64,000 bases of DNA from an uncultured Oscillospiraceae bacterium (GTDB lineage: Bacteria; Bacillota; Clostridia; Oscillospirales; Oscillospiraceae): the NCBI GenBank assembly GCA_934667095.1, contig CAKULE010000006.1, positions 1,720 to 65,719 of the forward strand, written 5' to 3'. The notes below the pieces were generated by a model. It was not told where the DNA came from. It made no database searches and was given only the letters and a program-made list of their open reading frames with translations. A program made the translations under genes and the position numbers. Position 1 is the first letter of the stretch; each line of letters begins with the position of its first letter. Of this stretch, positions 26,080 to 34,067 are shown piece after piece.

Positions 26080-27915
26080 ATGGATACCGAGTGGAAAGCT
26101 CTGGCCGGCCGGCTGCCGACGCAGCCCTGCGGCGACTTGATCCAGGACATCATGAGCGCCGTGTACGACGGTGAGGAGCTGGGCGAGAATCTGATTCTCT
26201 ACCACCGGGAATCGGTGGAGCTGGCGGACGAAGGCCTGATGCTTCAGACCATGGCCCCGGAGGACTGGGCCCGCTATGATGCCTCCCGCCGCCGGCGCTG
26301 GGGCGCCCGGTGTACCTGCTCCTTCTGCGGCGAAGACTTCCTCGCCGGGTATGTCCGGCGGGAGGGTCTGACGGGGATCGCCCTCTTTGCAGACGATGAC
26401 GGCAACACCCAGCCCGGCTTTGCTCTGGCGGAGGAGGGTGGGGCAGAGTACTTTGACGGAGAGCCCGTCCAGTGCCCCAGCTGCCGGAATGAGGGCATGC
26501 TGACCCGCCGGAGCGAGCTGCGGCGGGGGAGGACACACCAGGTCATGCAGGCGGAAACGGTAGACGTGGACGGGTACACGGCGGTGATGTTCTGGCTGGT
26601 GTCCCGCTATCAAGACGATGCCGGCGTGGACCGGACCCTCTGCCTGCCCAGCGCCGCCCTGCTGGTGGACAAGGCGGGCAGGCTGCGGCGCTTCCGGGCC
26701 GTCCGGCAGGGCGGCGAGGTAACGGACGTGGAGTGGCTGCCCTGCGCCCGCACCCGGGACCCCATGCAGGTGGCCTATTACGACCATGGCTCAGTCAACT
26801 GCCGGAAGGTGGGAGGCTGGACCTGCGTTTACGGTCCGGAGCTGGCCGGGCACACCGGAGAGAAAACCGCTCTGGACAAGTACATCGGCGCGGGCGGGCA
26901 CTGGCCCGGGGCATACCTCCACGTGTGGCAGAAGCACCCGCAGGTGGAGAACCTCATACGGCAGGGGTTTGCCGGTGCCGTCCAGCAGACCATTGATGAG
27001 TACCTGGACCGCGTTGCCTACTTCGCCGACCTGCGGGATGCCCCGGCCATCGACTGGGTGGACTGGACTCAGCGCCAGCCCCACAAAATGCTGGGCATGA
27101 ACCGGGAGGCATTCCGGGCCATCCGGGAGAGGAGCAGATGGGGCGGACAGGACGCGGCCTGCTGGGCCCGATACCGGGCGGCTCTGCCCGGGGCGGATGC
27201 CCTGGAATATGACCGCTGCCGTCAGGTGCTGGGCCGCGCGGAGGTGGAAAAGCTGCTGGATGCCCTGGCCGAGGGCTGGCCCGACCTGCGCCCCGCCCGG
27301 GTGACCCGCTATCTGGAGTGCCACGGCCCGGCGGCGGACGGCGTCCAGATGCTGCTGGACTACCGCCGGATGCTGCGGGACGCGGGATTGGCGGAGACGG
27401 AGGAGACCCTCTGGCCCCGGGATCTGGCCGCCGCCCACGACCGGGTGGCCCAGATGTGGACCGGGCGGAGCTCCGCAGAGTATTCCTTGGGTTTCACGTC
27501 GGTGTATTTGTCGCTCCGAGACTTGGAGTGGACGGACGGCGACCTGTGCGTCGTGGTGCCGAGGTCGGAGCAGGATCTGATCGAGGAGGGCCGTGTGCTG
27601 CGGCACTGCGTGGGCACTTATGGACGGCCCCATTGCTCTGGTAAGCCCATCTTCTTTATCCGCCACCGCCGCCGGCCGGAGCGCAGCTACTACACCCTCA
27701 ATATCGACCTCACGGGCAAGCTGCCCCGGGAGATCCAGCTGCACGGCTACGGCAACGAGCGCCACGGCCCCGCAAAGCAGTACAGCCATTCCATCCCGCA
27801 GACGGTCCGGGACTTCTGCGACCGCTGGCAGCGGGAGGTGCTCCTGCCGTGGTTCATGGCCCGGCGGGAGTGGAAGAGTAAGCCCGTCGGCCAGAGCAGA
27901 CGCCGGGCGGGGTAA
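26080..27915 (+). CDS. PcfJ-like domain protein with N-terminal Zn-ribbon-like cysteines
   Basis: 611 aa. C-terminal LIEEGRVLRHCVGTYGRPHCSGKPIFFIRHRRRPERSYYTLNIDL matches my recollection of the PcfJ-like core. CTCSFCG...CPSCRNEG near the N-terminus. Confidence 0.6.
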   Translation: MDTEWKALAGRLPTQPCGDLIQDIMSAVYDGEELGENLILYHRESVELADEGLMLQTMAPEDWARYDASRRRRWGARCTCSFCGEDFLAGYVRREGLTGIALFADDDGNTQPGFALAEEGGAEYFDGEPVQCPSCRNEGMLTRRSELRRGRTHQVMQAETVDVDGYTAVMFWLVSRYQDDAGVDRTLCLPSAALLVDKAGRLRRFRAVRQGGEVTDVEWLPCARTRDPMQVAYYDHGSVNCRKVGGWTCVYGPELAGHTGEKTALDKYIGAGGHWPGAYLHVWQKHPQVENLIRQGFAGAVQQTIDEYLDRVAYFADLRDAPAIDWVDWTQRQPHKMLGMNREAFRAIRERSRWGGQDAACWARYRAALPGADALEYDRCRQVLGRAEVEKLLDALAEGWPDLRPARVTRYLECHGPAADGVQMLLDYRRMLRDAGLAETEETLWPRDLAAAHDRVAQMWTGRSSAEYSLGFTSVYLSLRDLEWTDGDLCVVVPRSEQDLIEEGRVLRHCVGTYGRPHCSGKPIFFIRHRRRPERSYYTLNIDLTGKLPREIQLHGYGNERHGPAKQYSHSIPQTVRDFCDRWQREVLLPWFMARREWKSKPVGQSRRRAG

Positions 27916-27947
27916 AAAGAAACTGCCGGGGGCAAAGCCCCCGGCAG
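27912..27947 (-). terminator. terminator hairpin downstream of hicB (may act bidirectionally)
   Basis: CTGCCGGGGG-CAAAG-CCCCCGGCAG (27923-27947). In minus sense it is followed by TTTCTTTTT. Confidence 0.6.
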
Positions 27948-27958
27948 CGGGTGGTCAG

Positions 27959-28366
27959 TCAGTTGGCGGCACCGTGCAGATAGCCGTTCAGCGCGTCGGT
28001 CAGTACCTGGGAGAAGTTCACGTGGGCCTCCTCCGCTTCCCGGTTGAGCCAGGCGGGGATGGTGAGGGTCTTTTTCACTACGCGGTTGTTGACCCGGTCT
28101 CGGACGGAGGGCATAAACACCTCCACCATGGTCAAGACGCCGCCCTCCTCGGGGTGCAGATCCTCGATAGGGGAAGGGACGGGGATCGGGTCGCCGTCTT
28201 GCTCCATGCCGTACAGGTGCAGGCCCATGGCCTCCTTGGCGTTGCGGAATGCCTCCTCGGTGGTGGAAGCGCAGGGCAGGCAGCCCGGCAGGTCGGGGAA
28301 CTCAATCGAGATCCCATCCGGGTCATAGTAGAAGATGGCGGGGTAGCTGTAGTAGTTCGGAAGCAT
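27959..28366 (-). CDS. hicB: HicB-family antitoxin
   Basis: YPAIFYYDPDGISIEFPDLPGCLPCASTTEEAFRNAKEAMGLHL is the HicB N-terminal fold. C-terminal ribbon-helix-helix-like KKTLTIPAWLNREAE. Confidence 0.85.
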   Translation of the reverse strand: MLPNYYSYPAIFYYDPDGISIEFPDLPGCLPCASTTEEAFRNAKEAMGLHLYGMEQDGDPIPVPSPIEDLHPEEGGVLTMVEVFMPSVRDRVNNRVVKKTLTIPAWLNREAEEAHVNFSQVLTDALNGYLHGAAN

Positions 28367-28402
28367 ATAGAAAACTCCTTTCGGTTGGGCGAGGGGCGGG
28401 GC

Positions 28403-28600
28403 TTACTCGAATTTCAGCCCCGCCTGGTCCCCAATGGATTTCAGTGTTCGCTTTGGGATGTCTTTGACTGGATGTGTGACTGTTACCTTCCCGGGTTTTG
28501 AGGGGTGCTTGAACTGGTGATGATCTCCGGTACAGTGGACCTCGTACCAGCCATCTTCGGCCAGGATCTTGAGCACCTCTCGGGACGAATAGCTTTTCAC
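28403..28600 (-). CDS. hicA: HicA-family mRNA interferase toxin
   Basis: 65 aa. SSREVLKILAEDGWYEVHCTGDHHQFKHPSKPGKVTVTHP is a typical HicA. Confidence 0.85.
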   Translation of the reverse strand: MKSYSSREVLKILAEDGWYEVHCTGDHHQFKHPSKPGKVTVTHPVKDIPKRTLKSIGDQAGLKFE

Positions 28601-28672
28601 ATAACCACCTCTCTTAACTGTCTATATTATAGCACGTATAAACACACGTGTCAATGATTTTCGGAGGAATTT

Positions 28673-28819
28673 ATGAAAAAATTAAAGCCTGGCGACCCGT
28701 GTCCCTGTTGCGGGAAGCCGATCAAAACTCGAGACCCGGAGCGGCTGGAGTTTCTCTCCCTCATGGCGGAGTGGCTGGAGCGACACCCGGAACTGGAGGA
28801 GGCAAGATCATGCGGATGA
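28673..28819 (+). CDS. small Cys-rich (PCPCCGKP) phage protein
   Basis: GGAGG 28663-28667, ATG 28673; MKKLKPGDPCPCCGKPIKTRDPERLEFL...; 48 aa. Overlaps the next small ORF by 10 nt. Confidence 0.5.
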   Translation: MKKLKPGDPCPCCGKPIKTRDPERLEFLSLMAEWLERHPELEEARSCG

Positions 28820-28968
28820 CGTGGGAAGCCCCGGACGGCAGCTGGGGCCTGGACGGCGTGGAGCTCTCGACCCTGCCACCCAAGGTGTACGCCGCCCTCC
28901 ACCGGCTGATGGAATTTGAGCGGGAGTACGGTGAGCCAGTTAGAATTGTTCCCGCAGAGGAGGTATGA
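28810..28968 (+). CDS. hypothetical small phage protein
   Basis: ATG 28810; MRMTWEAPDGSWGLDGVELSTLPPKVYAALHRLMEFE...; 52 aa. The upstream part of the 28648 ORF in this frame lacks an RBS and overlaps a better gene. Confidence 0.45.
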   Translation: MRMTWEAPDGSWGLDGVELSTLPPKVYAALHRLMEFEREYGEPVRIVPAEEV

Positions 28969-28970
28969 GC

Positions 28971-29780
28971 ATGAAGGTATACACACCAAAGGGATACTCC
29001 AATTTGACGGTGGTCTCCGTGCCGCCGGAGGAGATCGCCGACGTGGGCTTCGGCCTGTGCGCCCAGCCCCGGCAGACCATCGACGCCTGGTACAGGGACC
29101 AGGACGACCGGCCGGAGGTGGTGTCCAACGGCGGATTCTTCGACATGACCTCCGGCAATGCCGTGGGCACGGTCATCGTGGGGCGCTGCACCATGTCCGC
29201 CAGCCGCAAGGTCCGGGAGGGGATCGGCACCGTGGACGGCAAGAGCCTATTGTTCGGTCACTCCACGGAATACCGTTGGAAGGACTTCGTTGCCGGGTTC
29301 CCGGTGCTGATCCGGGCCGGGCAACGGGAGCCGGTGACTATGGCCAAGGAGCTCAACTACCGCACCCGCCGCACCTGCCTGGGTTTCGACGCCAAGGGCA
29401 CGGTCCATCTGCTGTGTGTGGAGAGCCCGGGCATGGTCTTCGCCGCCCTCCAGGCCCTGCTGCTCAAGCTGGGCTGCGTCTACGCCATCAATCTGGACGG
29501 CGGTGGCTCCACCCGACTGCTCATCAAGGGGGCCAGAAAGACCAGGCAGACCGCCAACCGCCCGGTGGACACGGTATTTTACATCAAACTCAAGTTCCGG
29601 CCGTGGGCCGGCACGGTGACCCGGTCGGTGCTCAACGTGCGCTCCGGCCCCGGGCCGCAGCACACGCTGCTCCGGGTGCTGCCGAAGGGGACGCAGGTGA
29701 CCGTCCAGAAGGAGGACAGCGGCTGGGGCTTGATCGGGGACGGCTGGGTCCACTTGGGCTTTGTGAGGAGGAAGGCATGA
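28971..29780 (+). CDS. phosphodiester glycosidase-family (DUF2233/NAGPA-like) domain + C-terminal SH3b domain protein
   Basis: GGAGG 28958-28962, ATG 28971. VVSNGGFFDM, FPVLIRAG, RTCLGFDAKG, AINLDGGGST blocks. C-terminal SH3-like GTVTRSVLNVRSGPGPQHTLLRVLPKGTQVTVQKEDSGWGLIGDGWVH. Confidence 0.7.
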   Translation: MKVYTPKGYSNLTVVSVPPEEIADVGFGLCAQPRQTIDAWYRDQDDRPEVVSNGGFFDMTSGNAVGTVIVGRCTMSASRKVREGIGTVDGKSLLFGHSTEYRWKDFVAGFPVLIRAGQREPVTMAKELNYRTRRTCLGFDAKGTVHLLCVESPGMVFAALQALLLKLGCVYAINLDGGGSTRLLIKGARKTRQTANRPVDTVFYIKLKFRPWAGTVTRSVLNVRSGPGPQHTLLRVLPKGTQVTVQKEDSGWGLIGDGWVHLGFVRRKA

Positions 29781-30217
29781 GCAAGGTGTTTCTGATCCGG
29801 GTGCCCGGCGACCCGGCGCTGGCGGACCTTCAGCAGGTGCGGGACTTTGTCTCGGCCTCGTTGCCCACCGGGGTGCTGGCCGTTGGCTCCAAGTGGGAGT
29901 ACGTGTTTCTGGACCTTAGCGAGGTGCAGGGGGTCCTCATCGCCCCGGCAGAGCCCGATGAGGACCCGGAGGCGGAGCGCGGTGAAGATGAGCCCACCGT
30001 GACCTTCTCCGGCAAGGGCTCCGCGGACAAGCGGCGCATCCACGCCCGGCTGACGGCATACCGCAAGGCCCGCGGGCTGGGCTCCTTCGAGCCGCTGGCG
30101 AAGGTCCTCGGATGCGGCACCGAAGTGCTCCGGGCGGTCTACATCGGGGAGACCACGGTAGACCTGGCCACCTGGTACCGGATCGACAAGGCGCTGGACG
30201 AGGTGGAGCGGTGCTGA
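29777..30217 (+). CDS. hypothetical phage protein with C-terminal HTH-like region
   Basis: ATGA overlap with the upstream stop. 146 aa with an acidic linker. Only this C-terminal part of the 28916-30217 ORF is taken as coding. Confidence 0.5.
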   Translation: MSKVFLIRVPGDPALADLQQVRDFVSASLPTGVLAVGSKWEYVFLDLSEVQGVLIAPAEPDEDPEAERGEDEPTVTFSGKGSADKRRIHARLTAYRKARGLGSFEPLAKVLGCGTEVLRAVYIGETTVDLATWYRIDKALDEVERC

Positions 30218-30357
30218 TCATCACCATCGAGGTGGATGCCCCGGCGGGGCAGGCTATCGGCGTTAAGGAGGTGCTGGCCATGTGCCTGGAGCGGTTCGGC
30301 CGTGCCCGGGTGACAAAGATTGACGAGTGCCTGCCGGAGCAGATGAAACTGAAATAG
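30211..30357 (+). CDS. hypothetical small phage protein
   Basis: GTG 30211 after GAGGTGGAG. 48 aa. Overlaps the previous stop. Confidence 0.35.
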   Translation: MLIITIEVDAPAGQAIGVKEVLAMCLERFGRARVTKIDECLPEQMKLK

Positions 30358-30403
30358 GAGGACAGATGCCGCGAGGGCTGAGGTCTGAGACAAGGGAGAA
30401 GTT

Positions 30404-31210
30404 ATGTCAAAGACCATCAAGCACATTCATGCGGGCCTCCTACATGTGGAGGTCATCGGCAGCGTCCCGGACCAATGCGGCCGCCGGCCCCGGTCCGGGC
30501 GCAGCCGCCCAACCAGCGCCGCCCAGGCGTTTTACAATCTCAAATGCTCCTGGCGGGAGCTGGAGCTGGTGTTGGCCGCCAACTTCGGCGCCCAGGACTA
30601 CGTGGTGACCCTTACCTATGACGAGGGCCACCTCCCGGAGAGCAAGGCCCAGGCGGCCAAGCTCATGCAGCGGTTCTTCCGCCGCCTGCGGCAGGTGCGG
30701 CGTTCCCGGGGGCAGGAGCTGCGGTACGTCTACGTCACCGAGGGCTTCCATGCTGCCCAGGCCGACGAGTACTTCGGGGATGACCGGGGGTTGGAGGACC
30801 GGCGGATCCACCACCACATGGTGATCAATGCCGCCGGACCCGAAGACTGGGAGGAACTGCGGAGCCTGTGGCCTTACGGAGGATACCTGCGGTTCGAGCC
30901 GTTGGACGTCCACTACTATCAAGAGCTGGCCAAGTACCTCACTAAGGAGGCCCGGGAGTTCGGCCGGGCCAAGCCGGGGGAGCGCACCTGGCGGGCCTCC
31001 CGGAATCTGGCCAAGTATGAGGTGGAGTACATCGAGATCCCCAGCGACAGCGTGACACTTTCGCCGCCAGCGGGAGCGGTGGATTATCGCCAGTTCTCGG
31101 AGCACAACCCGTACGGCTTTGCCGACTGCATCGGGGCCCGGTACCTGCTGTTCGACACGCCGTCGGCCCCGGTCTATAGCTACACCAGAGGGCGGAGAAG
31201 AACGGAATGA
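30404..31210 (+). CDS. HUH-superfamily rolling-circle Rep-like endonuclease
   Basis: Three ordered motifs: YVVTLTYD (motif I-like), RIHHHMVIN (HUH) and ELAKYLTKE (catalytic Tyr). 268 aa. Confidence 0.6.
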   Translation: MSKTIKHIHAGLLHVEVIGSVPDQCGRRPRSGRSRPTSAAQAFYNLKCSWRELELVLAANFGAQDYVVTLTYDEGHLPESKAQAAKLMQRFFRRLRQVRRSRGQELRYVYVTEGFHAAQADEYFGDDRGLEDRRIHHHMVINAAGPEDWEELRSLWPYGGYLRFEPLDVHYYQELAKYLTKEAREFGRAKPGERTWRASRNLAKYEVEYIEIPSDSVTLSPPAGAVDYRQFSEHNPYGFADCIGARYLLFDTPSAPVYSYTRGRRRTE

Positions 31211-31279
31211 CGTAATAATTTTCAGTCTTGAAACAAGTCTTAATAATCGGACAGAGGCAGCGAAAAGGGGGAGAAAGCC

Positions 31280-31483
31280 TTGCAAACAGGGGAAAGTTAT
31301 GGTAGAATGTTGACAGTGAAAGACGGGTATCTGGTCTGCCCCACGTGCCGTCGCAACAGGCGGCTGATCCAGGTCAGACCGGACACCAGCGCCAAGCGCC
31401 TGGTGGTCTTTTGCAGGGACTGCAAGACCGAACACATCGTGGATATTGACAAGGGCCAGTGCTTTGAGAGCCGGAGCCAATGA
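31280..31483 (+). CDS. cysteine-rich KTR-type zinc-ribbon small protein
   Basis: RBS GGGGGAG before TTG 31280 (alternative ATG 31307). LVCPTCRRNRRLIQVRPDTSAKRLVVFCRDCKTEHIVDI has two CxxC pairs with the spacing I recall for the cysteine-rich KTR family. Confidence 0.6.
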   Translation: MQTGESYGRMLTVKDGYLVCPTCRRNRRLIQVRPDTSAKRLVVFCRDCKTEHIVDIDKGQCFESRSQ

Positions 31484-31662
31484 CTGACGCAGAAATGCGC
31501 GGTCGTTGGTTCCGGCTTTTTGTTTTGCCCGGGCGCTGCGGAGGTGATAGCCCGCAGACCGGGCAGACGGCCGGCCCAGCGGGCGGGGCTGCGCCCGTGC
31601 AGTGCGCTTCGCCTGCGGGGGTGACGTGTGCGCGCGGCGCAGGCCGCCGGGGAGTGTGACCG

Positions 31663-31983
31663 ATGTCCAAGATCGCGTTTTACGACAGCTACGCCTGGCG
31701 GCAGCTCCGAGCCGAGATCAAACGGTTGGACCATAACGAGTGCGTCCTATGCCGGGAGCGAAAACACCGGCATGTGCCCGCCGATCTGGTGCACCATGTC
31801 TGGCACCTGGACGAGTTCCCGCAGTACGGGCTGAGCCCTTATGTCCGGGACTCTGCGACGGGGAAGCTGGAGCGCAATCTCATCTCCGTCTGCCGGGAGT
31901 GCCATGAAACGATTTGCCACCCGGAGCGGCTGCGGGCACCCTATGAGCCACGCTCCGAGCCGCTGACGCCAGAGCGATGGTGA
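31663..31983 (+). CDS. phage HNH endonuclease (packaging-associated)
   Basis: CVLCRER...HHVWHL...CRECHETICH. Lies immediately upstream of the terminase small subunit. Confidence 0.85.
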   Translation: MSKIAFYDSYAWRQLRAEIKRLDHNECVLCRERKHRHVPADLVHHVWHLDEFPQYGLSPYVRDSATGKLERNLISVCRECHETICHPERLRAPYEPRSEPLTPERW

Positions 31984-32095
31984 CCCCCGGCCGAAAAATT
32001 TGGGATTTAAGGCAGACCCCTTCTACTCGGTGGGCATGCCTCCCAAGAGAAAAAATCTCCCGTACACGGGACGCGAATTTTGGGGAGGAGAGAAT

Positions 32096-32413
32096 ATGGG
32101 CGCAAGGACGCCGAACATCGGAGAACTCCGGCAGGATCTGCTGGACCAGCTGGACCGCAAGGGCCTTGTAGGCAAGCAGTACACCGACCTGGTGGAGGAC
32201 TATCTCCGCCTGGTGACCATCAAGCGGAGTCTGCTGGCCGACGTGAAAAAGCGTGGGGCCAAGGTGGAGAGCACCGACCGATTCGGGATCGTCACGGTGA
32301 AGACCAACGAGTCCGTGGCCGACGCGCTGAAGGTCAACGGCCAAATGCTGAAGATCCTCGACTTCCTCGCCGTGGAGGATGAGGAGGGAGTCGGTTGGGA
32401 TGACGAGATGTAA
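32096..32413 (+). CDS. terS: terminase small subunit (P27-family-like)
   Basis: RBS GGAGGAG before ATG 32096. DLVEDYLRLVTIKRSLLADVKKRG...NESVADALKVNGQMLKIL is a typical P27-type TerS. Confidence 0.8.
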   Translation: MGARTPNIGELRQDLLDQLDRKGLVGKQYTDLVEDYLRLVTIKRSLLADVKKRGAKVESTDRFGIVTVKTNESVADALKVNGQMLKILDFLAVEDEEGVGWDDEM

Positions 32414-34055
32414 CACCGGCTGCCGCTACATCGACGACTACATCGCCTCCGTCCGGGCCGGGCCCTCTGGCCGGCGAATGCTGCTGGCGGCAGATTGGGT
32501 GCAGAAGAAGCTGGAGACCCCCGGGGTGGTCATCGACACGGAGAAGACCGACAAGGCCGTGGAGCTCATAGAGCGGTATTTTGCCATGACCCTGTTCCCG
32601 TGGGAACTGTTCGTGTTGGCGCTCATCCACTGCTATGAGGAGGACGGCTCGCTGGTCTTCACGGAGTATCTCATCATGATGGGCCGGGGTAACGGCAAGA
32701 ACGGTTTTATCTCCGGGGTGGCGTGGTATCTCACCACCCACTACCACGGAATACGAAGCTATAACGTGGACATCGTGGCCAACAGCGAGGACCAGGCTAA
32801 GACCTCCTTCATGGACATCTACGACATGCTGGGCCGGACATGGGCCAAGAGCAAGCGGTTTTTCTACCGCTCCCTGGCCGAGATCCGCAACCTCAAGACC
32901 GGCAGCTACATCCGCTACAACACGGCCAACGCCCGGACGAAGGACGGCAAGCGTTCCGCCTGCCTCATCTTCGACGAGCTGCATGAGTACGAGAACGGCG
33001 ACAACATCGAGGTCTACACCTCCGGCTTCGGCAAGCGGCCAAACAGCCGTATTTTCAAAATCACCACCCAGGGCCACGTCCGGGAGGGCGTCCTGGACAC
33101 CGATCTCGCTATTGCGGATGACGTGCTCCACGGGGAGCTGCCGGGCTCCCGGCTGTGCCCGCTGCTCTATGAGATGGATTCCGACGCTGAGTGCAGCGAC
33201 CCGGCGCTGTGGGTCAAGGCCAATCCGTCCCTGCCGTACCTACCTAATCTCCGTCGCCAGATTGAGCAGGAGGCGGAGAAGAAGGCATACGACAAGATCG
33301 TCGAGCGGGGCTTTTACACCAAGCGCATGAACCGGCCCCGGTCGGACGCAGCGGTACAGGTGACCGAATGGGCCAACATCGCAGCCACGGATCAGCCCAT
33401 TGACCCGGCCCTGCTGCATGGCAAGCCATGCACAGCGGGCATTGACTACGCCAGCCTGCGGGACTGGGCCTCGGTGGTGCTCCACTTCAAGGTGGGGGCC
33501 CAGCGGTACGATCTGCACCACTCCTGGCTCTGTCTTCAGTCCCCGGATCTCTCCAGGATCAAGGCCCCGTGGCGGGAGTGGGCGGAGGCCGGCCATTTGA
33601 CCGTGGTGGACCAGCCGGAGATCCCGGCGGTGATGATCACGGAGTATCTGGCCACCCAGATGGAACAGTATGTGGTCTGCGGGGCGGCGCTGGATAACTT
33701 CCGCTTCGCCCTTCTGTCTGAGCCGCTGGAACATCTGGGCTTCACCCTCCGGGGAAAGAATCTGAAGCTGGTGCGTCCCAGTGACATCATGAAGGTGCAG
33801 CCGGTGATCGACAGCTGCTTTACCAACCGCCTGTTTACATGGGGCGATTGCCCGCCCTTGCGGTGGGCGGCCAACAACACCAAGCTCATCCGCCGGGGCA
33901 AGGCGGACGGTACCGACACCGGCAACTATTACTACGGCAAGATCGAGGGGAAGAGCCGTAAGACCGACCCATTCATGGCTCTGGTTGCGGCCATGACCGT
34001 TGAGCAGGAGGCGCCGGGCATCCCGGCGGACTTCGCTCTGGACATCATCACGTAA
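32400..34055 (+). CDS. terL: terminase large subunit
   Basis: Walker A-like MGRGNGKNGF. FDELHEY. C-terminal nuclease region. About 551 aa. Overlaps the terS stop. Confidence 0.9.
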   Translation: MTRCNTGCRYIDDYIASVRAGPSGRRMLLAADWVQKKLETPGVVIDTEKTDKAVELIERYFAMTLFPWELFVLALIHCYEEDGSLVFTEYLIMMGRGNGKNGFISGVAWYLTTHYHGIRSYNVDIVANSEDQAKTSFMDIYDMLGRTWAKSKRFFYRSLAEIRNLKTGSYIRYNTANARTKDGKRSACLIFDELHEYENGDNIEVYTSGFGKRPNSRIFKITTQGHVREGVLDTDLAIADDVLHGELPGSRLCPLLYEMDSDAECSDPALWVKANPSLPYLPNLRRQIEQEAEKKAYDKIVERGFYTKRMNRPRSDAAVQVTEWANIAATDQPIDPALLHGKPCTAGIDYASLRDWASVVLHFKVGAQRYDLHHSWLCLQSPDLSRIKAPWREWAEAGHLTVVDQPEIPAVMITEYLATQMEQYVVCGAALDNFRFALLSEPLEHLGFTLRGKNLKLVRPSDIMKVQPVIDSCFTNRLFTWGDCPPLRWAANNTKLIRRGKADGTDTGNYYYGKIEGKSRKTDPFMALVAAMTVEQEAPGIPADFALDIIT

Positions 34056-34067
34056 GGAGGCTTGCCC

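Noticed and set aside
28648-28968. 106-aa ORF treated as a single gene
   Set aside because: A better-supported small gene with an RBS (28673-28819, PCPCCGKP motif) occupies another frame. Only the distal part from ATG 28810 is retained.
28916-30217. 433-aa plus-strand ORF spanning the glycosidase gene in another frame
   Set aside because: Its first ~285 codons are Gly/Arg/Pro-rich and overlap a well-supported gene. Only the part from ATG 29777 (ATGA-coupled) looks genuine.
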